From assembly GCA_947589685.1 (NCBI GenBank), contig CANQCN010000001.1, positions 364 to 64,363 on the forward strand: a stretch of 64,000 nt of DNA, written 5' to 3'. Positions 19,842-29,291 of the stretch are shown here, piece after piece. How positions within the stretch are numbered: the stretch's first letter is position 1; every line of letters starts with the position of its first letter. The translations under genes and the position numbers were made by a program. Source of the DNA: an uncultured Clostridia bacterium. GTDB taxonomy: Bacteria > Bacillota > Clostridia > Christensenellales > CAG-314. The notes below the pieces were generated by a model. The model saw nothing but the letters and a program-made list of their open reading frames with translations, did no database searches and was not told the DNA's origin.

Positions 19842-20102
19842 TTATGCTTTGTTTGACTTTTTGGGTTCGAGAATGTTTTCGCGGACAAGCAACGTGCGAA
19901 CCGTTTCGGTAGGCTGAACGCCGCAAGCGACCCACTTCTTCGCCTTTTCAACGTCTATGTCGACCTTTTCGTTGAGAGGGTCATACGTTCCGATAAGGTC
20001 AACGTACTGTCCGTCGCGAGCTTTGTGACTGTCGATAACCACCACGCGATAGAAAGGACTCTTTTTGTCACCCATTCTTGTCAATCTCATTTTTACTGCC
20101 AT
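19842..20102 (-). CDS. rpsP: 30S ribosomal protein S16
   Basis: 86 aa. MAVKMRLTRMGDKKSPFYRVVV. Confidence 0.97.
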   Translation of the reverse strand: MAVKMRLTRMGDKKSPFYRVVVIDSHKARDGQYVDLIGTYDPLNEKVDIDVEKAKKWVACGVQPTETVRTLLVRENILEPKKSNKA

Positions 20103-20146
20103 ATTATTTTTCCTCCAAAATTATTTTTTTATAAGTTTTTGTTGTA

Positions 20147-21457
20147 TTAAAAGGGCAAACGCTTGGATTTTGTGACTTTTTTCATCATATCGCATGTTTG
20201 CTCGTATTGTTTTATCAACCTGTTTACGTCCTGCACCTGCAAACCGCACCCCTTGGCAATACGTTTTCTGCGCGAGTAATTGAGTATCTTGGGATTGGCG
20301 CGCTCTTCCTTTGTCATAGATTGGATGATCGCTTTGTTGCGCTTTATCTGCGCCTCGTCCACCTTTTTGTCCCCCAATTTGAGCCTGCTCGCGCCGGGGA
20401 TCATACCGACGATGTCATTTAGGTCGCCCATCTTGGCAACTTGTTCAAACTGTTCCAAGTAGTCGTTCAAATCGAAATTCGATTCTTTGATCTTCTTTGC
20501 CAATTTGAGCGCTTGTTCTTCGTCAATGGCTGTCTGCGCCTTTTCAATAAGAGTAAGCACATCGCCCATGCCGAGTATGCGAGAAGCCATTCTGTCGGGA
20601 TGAAAAGGTTCGAGATCTTCCATCTTTTCGCCCGTTCCGACAAATTTGATAGGCTTGCCCGTAACGGCTTTGATGGACAACGTCGCGCCGCCGCGCGTGT
20701 CGCCGTCCAGCTTGGTCATTATCACTCCGGTAATGTCCAATTGCTCGTCGAACGTTTTGGCGACGTTTACCGCGTCTTGTCCCGTCATCGAGTCCACGAC
20801 AAGCAACGTTTCGTAAACGTTTACCGCGCTTTTTATGGCTTTAAGCTCGTCCATCAACTCTTCGTTGATATGCAAACGCCCCGCCGTATCGATAACAACG
20901 GTGTCGTAACCGTTTTTTTCGGCGTACGCCACCGCTTTGATCGCTATATCCGTGGGATCTTTTTGTCCCATTTCAAAGAAGCCTGCTTTTGCCTTGTTCG
21001 CAACTATCTCCAACTGCTTGATCGCCGCGGGACGGTAGACGTCATCGGCGCACAGCAGCACGCGCTTGCCTTGCTTTTGCAAATACAGCGCCAATTTGCC
21101 GCACATTGTCGTTTTGCCCGCGCCCTGCAATCCGCACATCATTATCACGGTAGGCAGTTTGGGACTGACGCCGAGTTTGCTTTGAGTGGAGCCTAACAAC
21201 TCGACAAGTTGCTCGTTGACGATTTTGATGACTTGCTGACCCGGCGTAAGACTTTTGAGAATTTCTTCCCCAACAGCCAATTCCGTCACTTTGTTTATAA
21301 AATCCTTCGCAACGGAGAAATTTACGTCCGCTTCCAACAATGCCACGCGTACCTCGCGCATTGCTTGCTTTATTTCCAGCTCGGTCAACGCGCCCCTGTT
21401 GCGCAGCTTTGCAAAAACATGATTTATTCTGTCTGTCAGATTAGCAAACGCGGCCAC
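20147..21457 (-). CDS. ffh: signal recognition particle protein Ffh
   Basis: 436 aa. GLQGAGKTT and DTAGR motifs and a Met-rich M domain. GTG start. Confidence 0.97.
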   Translation of the reverse strand: MAAFANLTDRINHVFAKLRNRGALTELEIKQAMREVRVALLEADVNFSVAKDFINKVTELAVGEEILKSLTPGQQVIKIVNEQLVELLGSTQSKLGVSPKLPTVIMMCGLQGAGKTTMCGKLALYLQKQGKRVLLCADDVYRPAAIKQLEIVANKAKAGFFEMGQKDPTDIAIKAVAYAEKNGYDTVVIDTAGRLHINEELMDELKAIKSAVNVYETLLVVDSMTGQDAVNVAKTFDEQLDITGVIMTKLDGDTRGGATLSIKAVTGKPIKFVGTGEKMEDLEPFHPDRMASRILGMGDVLTLIEKAQTAIDEEQALKLAKKIKESNFDLNDYLEQFEQVAKMGDLNDIVGMIPGASRLKLGDKKVDEAQIKRNKAIIQSMTKEERANPKILNYSRRKRIAKGCGLQVQDVNRLIKQYEQTCDMMKKVTKSKRLPF

Positions 21458-21460
21458 CTT

Positions 21461-21772
21461 TTACTCCTTTGTTACGAAGCGCTTTGCCACTTCGTAAACC
21501 TCATTTATATCCTCTCGCTCCACCGCGGCGGAAAGCTCCGTCTGCAATTCGGATAACGAAAGCGCTTCTTCAAGTTTGGTAAGGGTCGTTTCCCCCTTCA
21601 AAATAGCGTCCCGAACACCTTGGCGGGAAATACTCAACTCATCGGCGATTTCCGCCAGAGAACAATCGCAATCACAGTACATTGTAAGAGCTTCTCTTTG
21701 CTTGTCGGTGAGCAGCTTGCCGTATACCGACAGCAACTGTGAAAGTTGTATTTTCGTCAACTCCATACTCAC
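21461..21772 (-). CDS. ylxM: YlxM (UPF0122) putative DNA-binding protein
   Basis: 103 aa. Sigma-70 region-4-like HTH (SLAEIADELSISRQGVRD). Directly upstream of ffh. Confidence 0.88.
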   Translation of the reverse strand: MSMELTKIQLSQLLSVYGKLLTDKQREALTMYCDCDCSLAEIADELSISRQGVRDAILKGETTLTKLEEALSLSELQTELSAAVEREDINEVYEVAKRFVTKE

Positions 21773-21810
21773 CTCGCAGCGACTGTAAAGCAGTTTTGCT
21801 TTACAGTGTA

Positions 21811-21839
21811 ATTTTATACCATTACGATCATATTGTCAA
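21811..21839 (-). promoter_or_regulatory. sigma-70-type promoter candidate for ylxM-ffh operon
   Basis: Minus strand reads TTGACA-17 nt-TAAAAT. The 5' UTR then contains the hairpin CTGTAAAGCA-AAAC-TGCTTTACAG. Confidence 0.45.
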
Positions 21840-22012
21840 CAATTTTACAAGCTTTTCATAATACGAGACATTATTTTTTACGAAACAGTACCGCGATGAT
21901 ATATAAACAACGTGTATTATTATTTATTAAATCCTTTTTACCCCTAAAAATATTATACGATTGCCATATCACCGCAAAAGGACTCGCAAAAACCGTTTTT
22001 CGACAAGCGTTC

Positions 22013-22906
22013 TCAGATTATGCCCTCCACGTAACTTGCCGCGTCGAACTCCAACAAATCGTCTATGCTCTCGCCCACGCCCACAAAGTAAACGGGAATA
22101 TCCATATCATGCTTGATCGCCAACACCACGCCGCCCTTCGCCGTACCGTCCAATTTGGTAAGCACGATGCCGTCAATGTCGATCGCCTCGTTGAAAATAT
22201 CCACCTGCTGAATGGCGTTTTGTCCCGTGGTCGCATCCAAAACTATCAGATTTTTACGATCCGCTTCGGGAAATTCGCGGTCTATCACGCGGTCGATTTT
22301 TTTAAGCTCTTCCATCAAATTCTTTTTGTTGTGCAGTCTGCCGGCAGTATCCACCAGCACCACGTCGGTACCGCGACTCTTTGCGGATGAGATGGCGTCA
22401 AAAACGACCGCCGCGGGATCGCTTCCTTCCTCATGCTTGATGATACGCACCTTTGCGCGATTCGCCCAGACTTCCAGCTGTTCGCCAGCCGCCGCGCGAA
22501 ATGTATCCGCCGCGGCGATCACTACCGATTTGCCCTGCTTGGTAAATATATTGGCAAGCTTTCCTATCGTTGTGGTCTTGCCGACGCCGTTTACGCCCGA
22601 TACCAAAATAACGCACGGAGAGGAAAATTCGAACTTTTCATCTCCCAAAATATCCGTGAGAACATCGCGCAAATAGCGATTGGCTTTTTCGGGATCGGAC
22701 ACCCTATCCCCCTCCATACGCTCTCGCAATTCGTCGATAATATCCACCGTGGTTTCTTCGCCTATGTCGGCGGAAAGCAAAATAAACTCCAATTCGTCGT
22801 AGAAATCGTCGTCGTAAATTCCGCGCTTGAACAGCTGATTGAGCTTGACTCCTATTTTTTCCTTGGTTTTTTTGAGTCCATCGATGATTTTCTTAAAAAA
22901 TCCCAT
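22013..22906 (-). CDS. ftsY: signal recognition particle receptor FtsY
   Basis: Start trimmed to MGFFKKIIDGLKKTKEK. GVNGVGKTTTIGKLA and DTAGRLH motifs. Confidence 0.95.
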   Translation of the reverse strand: MGFFKKIIDGLKKTKEKIGVKLNQLFKRGIYDDDFYDELEFILLSADIGEETTVDIIDELRERMEGDRVSDPEKANRYLRDVLTDILGDEKFEFSSPCVILVSGVNGVGKTTTIGKLANIFTKQGKSVVIAAADTFRAAAGEQLEVWANRAKVRIIKHEEGSDPAAVVFDAISSAKSRGTDVVLVDTAGRLHNKKNLMEELKKIDRVIDREFPEADRKNLIVLDATTGQNAIQQVDIFNEAIDIDGIVLTKLDGTAKGGVVLAIKHDMDIPVYFVGVGESIDDLLEFDAASYVEGII

Positions 22907-22917
22907 ACCGACCTCCG

Positions 22918-25900
22918 TTACATTGCTTGCTTGATCGCTTCCGTAAGCTTGACCGACACGATCTTGGAAACGCCCTTTTCTTCCATAGTCACTCCGTACA
23001 AAACGTCGGAGTGTTCCATTGTCGGCTTTTTGTGGGTGATAACCACAAACTGCGTTGACGTGGAAAATTTGCGCAAATACTTGGAAATTCTTTCGGCGTT
23101 CGCGTCGTCCAAAGCCGCCTCGATCTCGTCCAAAACGCAAAACGGCATCGGGTTGTATTTAAGAATGGAAAACAGTATCGCGGCTGCCGTCATCGTTCGT
23201 TCGCCGCCGGAAAGCAACGATATGTTTTGCAGCTTCTTTCCGGGAGGTTGCGCCTCGATCTCTATACCTTGATCCAAAGAGGGCTTGCTCGGATCTCTGT
23301 CGATATAAAGACGCGCGTTGCCGCCGTTGAACAGCTCGCGGAATATAACCTTGAAATTTTCGTTGATCTGTTCCATGCCGTCGTTAAATCTGCTTTCGAT
23401 GTCGCCCTCCAATTCGTGCAAAGCGCTGTTAAGATCCTCTTCGGCTTTTTTCAGATCGTCCATTTGCGAATTGAGTTCATCGAAACGCGACTGTTCTACT
23501 TCCAGATCTTGTATAGCGCCGACGTTTACATGTCCGAGCTTTTGCATTTCTGCTTTCAACTCGGCAATTCGCTTGCTGCATATTTCCTTGTCGAAATTTT
23601 CGTCTTTGTACTGCATGGCGGCGGAATAGGTTATTCCGTACTCCTCTTGCACACGCTGTTGAAGCAGCAACAGATCGTCGTCTATTTTATTGATCACATA
23701 CACTTGTTTATCTATCTTGCCGTTCAATTCGCCCAATTTTATGCTGAGTTTGTTGCGTTCTTCCGACAAATATTGGTATTCTTCTTCCAGCTTTGTTTTC
23801 AATGTGTCGGATTGTTTGATTTGCTCCAACAACTGCGCCATTTCTTCTTGAAGATTGGCGTCCGTCACTCTTTCGTTTAAGGTGGCGTACATGCCGTCGA
23901 TAGCAAACTGCACCTGCGCAATGTAGTTTTGACGCGACTGAATGCCGTCCTGCAATGATAAGATCGTTTTTTTGTTGGTATCTATATCTTTTTCCGTCAC
24001 TTCGATATTGGAGTTGAGTACAGCCAAGCGGTAACGTTTGTCGGAAAGACTGTTGGAAACGGTATCCTTTGCGGACATTTCCATTTGAGCAATCTCACGC
24101 AGATGCTCGGATTTTTCCCGCAGCTGCTTTTCGGCGGTATCCAATTCCTTTGCGCGCAGTTCGGACTTTTTTACTGCGATGTCTATTTGAGACAGACGGG
24201 CAGTAAGCTTCTCTTTTTCTCCCGCAAGACGAAGAACGTTCTTTTTATCCGAATTAGTAAGAGTGTTGGACGTTTCGATTTTTTCTTTGGCGGTCGCTAT
24301 TTCCACCTTGATATTGTTAAGCTCGTCGTTCAAACGATTAGCCGACACGCGCGTTTCTTCGAGCTGAGCGTCCAGCTTGGATTTTTCTTCCTCGGTACGT
24401 TGCAGATCTTTAAGCAACGCAGCCAATCTTTCATTCCTTTCCGCAAGCTCCGTCTCGTAGGAAAGAATGCTGTAACCGGATTGCTTTTTGTTGCTGCCGC
24501 CTTCGAGCGAGCCGTCGTTTGAGATACGTTCGCCCGTAAGCGTGACCATACGATGAGCGTAACGGTACTTTCTGCTGATGGATACTGCATTGTCGAAGGT
24601 GTCCACCACTACGACGCCGCCCAACAGCGATTCCATTACGTTGGCGTAGTGCTTGTCGAACGTGATAAGATCGGAAGCGATACCCAACACGCCCTTTTCG
24701 GAAAGAACCTCCCTTCGATCTATTCCGTGGGGTTTCATCGAGCTTACAGGTAAAAACGTCGCCCTGCCGTAGTCGTTTATTTTGAGGTAATTGATGAGGT
24801 ATTTTACGTCCGCTTCCGTTTCGGTCACAATATTTTGCAACCTGCCGCCCAGCGCAGCCTCGATTGCGACCTGCAAGCGAGCTTCCACCTTGATAAGGTC
24901 GGCAACGGAACCGCAAATATGCGAAGAAAGTTCTTTGTCTTTTTGGGCGTCTTGCATCAGATATTGAACGCTCGCCTGGTATCCGCGATAGTTGGCGGCA
25001 AAGTCCTTCAACATATCTATTCCGCCTTTTTCGCCCGAATAGGCTTGCTGACGTGCGGTAAGTTCCTTGTTGAGATTGAATTGACGAAACTCCAAGTCTT
25101 TGATTTGCTGCTTTACCTGACGCAACGCGGCGTCCTTTTCGTCTCTGTCCTTACGCAATTTGTCGTAACGACCCAACAGATCGCCCTCTTCTCCCGCCGA
25201 ATCTTTCAGTTTTTGCGTCAGCTCTTCTTCGCTGCGCGCGATTTCGTCAAGACGCTCCGCTATTGAATTTTTTTCCGTTTGAAGAGCGACCAATTTGTTG
25301 TTCGTCTCCGCCGCGAGATGTATGGCTTCGTCCAATTTTTTGCGAATGGCGTCCGCCTTTTCGCCGATCTCATCCACGCGTTTACCGACATCGACGAATT
25401 GCTCGTTAGCGTCGCCGATCTCCATTTCCAACGCGCCGCGCTCTTCGTTTCTGCGTTCCAACAATGCGGCAAGCTCCTTGTTGACGTCCGTCAACCGCTT
25501 GATTTCCTCATTGTCTTGGTCGATCAACTCCTCGTTGGATTGAATATCGCGTTCGCAGCCGTTTATACGCTCTTGAATAATGTCCTTTTCTCCCGCGTTT
25601 TTTTGCACCTCTACCGCCAACTTGACCTGTCTGTCGCGCAGTTCGGCGATTTCGGAATCTATATTGTTTCGGCGATGAAAGGTATCGTTGTGCTGTTCGT
25701 TGATCTGAGCGTACTGCGATTCTTTAAGATTGTATTCCTCTTTGAGACCGTCCAGCAATTTTTTTCCTTCTTCTTTTTCCTTGCTGGCATTGTCATATCC
25801 GTATATATACGCGTTTATCTCGCACAAACGCAGTTCATCGTACATTTCTATGTATTTTTTAGCCAAAGTAGATTGACGTTTGAGGTCGGGAAGGTGCCGT

Positions 25901-26499
25901 TTTATCTCTTCCAACAAAATGGCGATCTGCTGCATATTGGTATGCGTTTTTTCCAGCTTTCTCTCCGTTTCAATTTTTTGCACGCGGAAAGATGATATGC
26001 CCAACGCTTCCTCGAATATGGCGCGTCTGTCCTCCGGGCGGGCGTTGAGTATTGCGTCCATTCTGCCCTGACCGACAATAGAATAGCCGTCCTTACCCAA
26101 ACCGACTCCGCGCAACAGTTGTGTAATATCTTTCAGTCTGACGACGTTGCGATTGAGCAAATATTCGCTCTCGTTGTTGCGATACAGCTTACGGCTTATT
26201 ATTATCTCATCCATAGGGATATTGAAAAGCCGCGTCGTATTGTCAAAAAACAGCGACACCTCACAGTAGCTCATAGACTTGCGCGTATCCGTTCCGTTGA
26301 ATATCAAGTCCTGCATCTGCTTGCCGCGCAGATTTTTAGAGCTTTGCTCTCCCAATACCCAACGGATCGCGTCGGAAATGTTGCTTTTTCCGCAGCCGTT
26401 GGGACCGACAATGCCCGTTATCGGCTGATCGAATTTCAATTCTACCTTGTCCGCAAAGCTTTTGAAGCCGTACATTTCTACTTTTTTCAGATAAAGCAC
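22918..26499 (-). CDS. smc: chromosome segregation protein SMC
   Basis: GPNGCGKSN Walker A, long coiled coils, LSGGE signature and DEIEAALD Walker B. The ORF track starts at ATG 26514. I prefer GTG 26499 (GGAGA 8 nt upstream), which gives (M)LYLKKVEMYGFKSF. Confidence 0.95.
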   Translation of the reverse strand: MLYLKKVEMYGFKSFADKVELKFDQPITGIVGPNGCGKSNISDAIRWVLGEQSSKNLRGKQMQDLIFNGTDTRKSMSYCEVSLFFDNTTRLFNIPMDEIIISRKLYRNNESEYLLNRNVVRLKDITQLLRGVGLGKDGYSIVGQGRMDAILNARPEDRRAIFEEALGISSFRVQKIETERKLEKTHTNMQQIAILLEEIKRHLPDLKRQSTLAKKYIEMYDELRLCEINAYIYGYDNASKEKEEGKKLLDGLKEEYNLKESQYAQINEQHNDTFHRRNNIDSEIAELRDRQVKLAVEVQKNAGEKDIIQERINGCERDIQSNEELIDQDNEEIKRLTDVNKELAALLERRNEERGALEMEIGDANEQFVDVGKRVDEIGEKADAIRKKLDEAIHLAAETNNKLVALQTEKNSIAERLDEIARSEEELTQKLKDSAGEEGDLLGRYDKLRKDRDEKDAALRQVKQQIKDLEFRQFNLNKELTARQQAYSGEKGGIDMLKDFAANYRGYQASVQYLMQDAQKDKELSSHICGSVADLIKVEARLQVAIEAALGGRLQNIVTETEADVKYLINYLKINDYGRATFLPVSSMKPHGIDRREVLSEKGVLGIASDLITFDKHYANVMESLLGGVVVVDTFDNAVSISRKYRYAHRMVTLTGERISNDGSLEGGSNKKQSGYSILSYETELAERNERLAALLKDLQRTEEEKSKLDAQLEETRVSANRLNDELNNIKVEIATAKEKIETSNTLTNSDKKNVLRLAGEKEKLTARLSQIDIAVKKSELRAKELDTAEKQLREKSEHLREIAQMEMSAKDTVSNSLSDKRYRLAVLNSNIEVTEKDIDTNKKTILSLQDGIQSRQNYIAQVQFAIDGMYATLNERVTDANLQEEMAQLLEQIKQSDTLKTKLEEEYQYLSEERNKLSIKLGELNGKIDKQVYVINKIDDDLLLLQQRVQEEYGITYSAAMQYKDENFDKEICSKRIAELKAEMQKLGHVNVGAIQDLEVEQSRFDELNSQMDDLKKAEEDLNSALHELEGDIESRFNDGMEQINENFKVIFRELFNGGNARLYIDRDPSKPSLDQGIEIEAQPPGKKLQNISLLSGGERTMTAAAILFSILKYNPMPFCVLDEIEAALDDANAERISKYLRKFSTSTQFVVITHKKPTMEHSDVLYGVTMEEKGVSKIVSVKLTEAIKQAM

Positions 26500-27164
26500 T
26501 ATTCGATTCTCCATTTAATTACTAATTTGTGAGCCGCGTCCTGCTCCGCCGCTTTTTTCGTGGAGCCTTTTCCTTCCGACTGTTTTTGTCCGTCCACGTA
26601 AAGCTCGTAACGAAAAACGGGTTTGTTGTCGGGACCGACGCGTCCGACATACACATAGCTCAAAGCAAGTTTACGTTTTTGACAGTATTCCTGCAACAAA
26701 GTTTTGTCGTCTTTTTTGATCGCCGCTGCGACATTTTTCAATTCGTCGTCCATTGTCCGCAAAAAGAACGCTTTTGCGGCGTCCATTCCTCCGTCGAGAT
26801 AAATTGCGCACAATATAGCCTCGTATAAATTTGCTTCCGTTTTGTGCGAAAGCTCGGAATTCAACACGCGCAAATAACGCCTGATACCAAGCTTGTCCAC
26901 AATATGATACAGTCCGTCCGCCGACACAAGCTTGGAACGCATAGACGAAAGCTCTCCTTCGTTGTTACCGCGGAAACGCTCGTACAAATATTCCGAAGAC
27001 AAATATTCCAAAATTGCGTCTCCGAAAAATTCCATTCGCTCGTTGTCCTCCACATGCTCGGCATTGGCAAAGGAAGAATGTGTAAACGCTTGCACCAACA
27101 ATTGCTTGTTGACAAAACCGTATTGAAGCTTATTTTCTATTTCATCAATTATGCCGCTATCCAT
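26499..27164 (-). CDS. rnc: ribonuclease III
   Basis: 221 aa. ERMEFFGDAILE RNase III signature and a C-terminal dsRBD. Confidence 0.95.
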   Translation of the reverse strand: MDSGIIDEIENKLQYGFVNKQLLVQAFTHSSFANAEHVEDNERMEFFGDAILEYLSSEYLYERFRGNNEGELSSMRSKLVSADGLYHIVDKLGIRRYLRVLNSELSHKTEANLYEAILCAIYLDGGMDAAKAFFLRTMDDELKNVAAAIKKDDKTLLQEYCQKRKLALSYVYVGRVGPDNKPVFRYELYVDGQKQSEGKGSTKKAAEQDAAHKLVIKWRIE

Positions 27165-27194
27165 AAACCACTACTTTAAGCACAGTTATTTGAT

Positions 27195-27223
27195 ATTATA
27201 TACTAATACTATATTTTTTGCAA
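27195..27223 (-). promoter_or_regulatory. sigma-70-type promoter candidate for rnc-smc-ftsY
   Basis: Minus strand reads TTGCAA-17 nt-TATAAT, about 30 nt upstream of the rnc ATG. Confidence 0.5.
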
Positions 27224-27288
27224 TGGTATAAACGTAAAAATACGGTTTGTTTCACAAAATATATCAAAAATATTCCTTTGTTTCACAA

Positions 27289-27319
27289 ATTAAAAGCCAC
27301 CGACATTGCGCCGATGGCT
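27289..27319 (-). terminator. rho-independent terminator after rpmF
   Basis: Stem AGCCACCG (27295-27302) / CGATGGCT (27312-27319) with one G-U pair. A short T-run follows on the minus strand. Confidence 0.5.
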
Positions 27320-27335
27320 TTACAAACAAAACTTG

Positions 27336-27524
27336 TTATTTCTTTTCCGCGGAAACTTCCACCACTTGCTTACCGTCGTAGTAACCACAGTTTTCGCAAA
27401 CCTTGTGGGCAACCTTCAACTCGTGGCATTGAGGACATTCCACCAAAGAAGCAGCGTTAGCCTTCCAATTGGCTGCTCTGCTGTGTTTTCTTTGTTTAGA
27501 AGTTTTTCTCTTGGGTACTGCCAT
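27336..27524 (-). CDS. rpmF: 50S ribosomal protein L32
   Basis: 62 aa. MAVPKRKTSKQRKHSRAANWK with a CxxC...CxxC zinc knuckle. Confidence 0.96.
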   Translation of the reverse strand: MAVPKRKTSKQRKHSRAANWKANAASLVECPQCHELKVAHKVCENCGYYDGKQVVEVSAEKK

Positions 27525-27539
27525 AGTAATGCACCTCCG

Positions 27540-28043
27540 TTAAAATTTTAGATTTTTAAGTGCGGCAAAGGCGTTTTCACGGGATGTGTCGCAGTTGCAC
27601 TGCTTTTCATTGAGATCAATACCGCACTTTGGGCACAATCCCTTGCAATCCGGCTTGCACAGCAGACTGCTCGGCAGTGACAGCACTATTTCGTCGCAAA
27701 TAGCTTTGGTTGCGTCCAACCTGCTACCCGAGTAGACGTATCCGTCCTCCTCATCTGCACTGTCCTTGTAAAATATCTGACTAAAAGGAATTTCGATCTG
27801 TCGGGAAATTTCCGCAAGACATCTGTCGCAATACCCCTTGATGTCGCAGCATATTTTGCCTTCGACCAACACATTCGGTTTCAAAAACGTGACGATCAAT
27901 TGCAGATCCGCTTGCACAAATTCGGATTCGGGATAAGGCAAAAGACTGTCGTCAAAATTGCACCGAAAGGAAAACTCGATCGGCTTGCCTACGCAAGCTA
28001 TATTTTCCGTCAAATCAATGATAACTTTATCAGACACAATCAT
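27540..28043 (-). CDS. YceD/DUF177 family protein
   Basis: 167 aa. Contains the C-terminal CKPDCKGLCPKCGIDLNEKQCNC. Directly upstream of rpmF. Confidence 0.88.
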   Translation of the reverse strand: MIVSDKVIIDLTENIACVGKPIEFSFRCNFDDSLLPYPESEFVQADLQLIVTFLKPNVLVEGKICCDIKGYCDRCLAEISRQIEIPFSQIFYKDSADEEDGYVYSGSRLDATKAICDEIVLSLPSSLLCKPDCKGLCPKCGIDLNEKQCNCDTSRENAFAALKNLKF

Positions 28044-28077
28044 TATTATACAAAAAGGTCATTGTTTTGTCAACGGT

Positions 28078-29280
28078 TTACGCCAACTTTGCCTCGCGCA
28101 TTGTTTCGCGCGCAATTACAAGCTCCTCGTTGGTGGGTATCACCAAAATCTTGACCTTGGAGTCTGCCGCTTGGATTTCCGCCGCGGTTCCTCTCGGACA
28201 ATGAGCGTTTTTGTCTGCGTCGAGCTTGATCCCAAGGTAATCCATATCCTTCAAAGACGAAGCGCGTACCCTATCGTCGTTTTCGCCTATTCCGGCGGTG
28301 AAAACGATAACGTCCACGCCGTTGAGCGCCGCTGCGTAAGCGCCTATGTACTTTTTAACGCCGTAAGCAAACATATCCAATGCCAGACGGGCGCGGTCAT
28401 TGCCGCTTTCGGCTGCCGCCGTCAGATCTCTGAAATCGCTGGAAACTCCCGACACGCCCAACATTCCGCATTTTTTGTTGAGATAAGTGAGCGTTTCGGA
28501 AACGTCCATTCCTTCTTTTTTTGCGATATATTCCGCCGCGGCAAAGTCGATGTCGCCGCTGCGCGTACCCATCGGAACGCCGGCAAGAGGAGTAAATCCC
28601 ATAGACGTATCTATACATTTGCCTCCCTTTACCGCCGTGATCGACGAGCCGTTGCCCAGGTGACAAGTGATGATTTTCAAGTCCTCGATATTTTTACCGA
28701 GGTATTTTGCCGCCTCTTCCGCCACATATTTGTGACTTGTGCCGTGCGCGCCGTAACGACGTATCTTGTACTTTTCGTAATGAGCGTAGTCCACTGCGTA
28801 CATATAGGCATAGTCGGGCATTGTAAAATGGAAACCCGTGTCGAACACCAACACCATCGGAGTATCGGGCATCTGCGCAAGGCAAGCGTTTACGCCTATG
28901 ATGGCGGCGGGGTTATGCAAAGGCGCGAGGTCCTTTATTTCCTCCATCAACTCCATCGCCTTCGGAGTGACGAGAGTCGGTTTTTTGAAGGCTTCGCCGG
29001 AAGCGACCACCCTGTGACCAACGCCGTCGATCTCCTTCATAGAAGATATAACGCCGACTTTGGGATCGGTGAGCTTGTCCAACACGAGCTTGACGGCGAC
29101 CTTGTGATCGGGCATATCTATTTGCTGCTCTATCGTTTGTCCGTGCGCCTTGTAGACGAAGTTGGAATTGGCAATGCCTATACGCTCGCAAAGACCTTTT
29201 GCAAGCACGCTTTCCGTTTCCATATCGATAAGTTGATATTTAAGCGACGAACTGCCGGAATTTATCACGAGAATTTTCAT
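28078..29280 (-). CDS. ackA: acetate kinase
   Basis: 400 aa. MKILVINSGSSSLKYQL N-terminus. Confidence 0.97.
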   Translation of the reverse strand: MKILVINSGSSSLKYQLIDMETESVLAKGLCERIGIANSNFVYKAHGQTIEQQIDMPDHKVAVKLVLDKLTDPKVGVISSMKEIDGVGHRVVASGEAFKKPTLVTPKAMELMEEIKDLAPLHNPAAIIGVNACLAQMPDTPMVLVFDTGFHFTMPDYAYMYAVDYAHYEKYKIRRYGAHGTSHKYVAEEAAKYLGKNIEDLKIITCHLGNGSSITAVKGGKCIDTSMGFTPLAGVPMGTRSGDIDFAAAEYIAKKEGMDVSETLTYLNKKCGMLGVSGVSSDFRDLTAAAESGNDRARLALDMFAYGVKKYIGAYAAALNGVDVIVFTAGIGENDDRVRASSLKDMDYLGIKLDADKNAHCPRGTAAEIQAADSKVKILVIPTNEELVIARETMREAKLA

Positions 29281-29291
29281 TTTTCACCTCA

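Noticed and set aside
27246-27289. Reading the TTTGTGAAACAAA pair as Rex (TTGTGAA-N-TTCACAA) or CRP (TGTGA-N6-TCACA) boxes.
   Set aside because: Each copy carries only one TGTGAA/TTCACAA half-site. The partner half-site at the required spacing is absent. I keep it as an unassigned motif pair.
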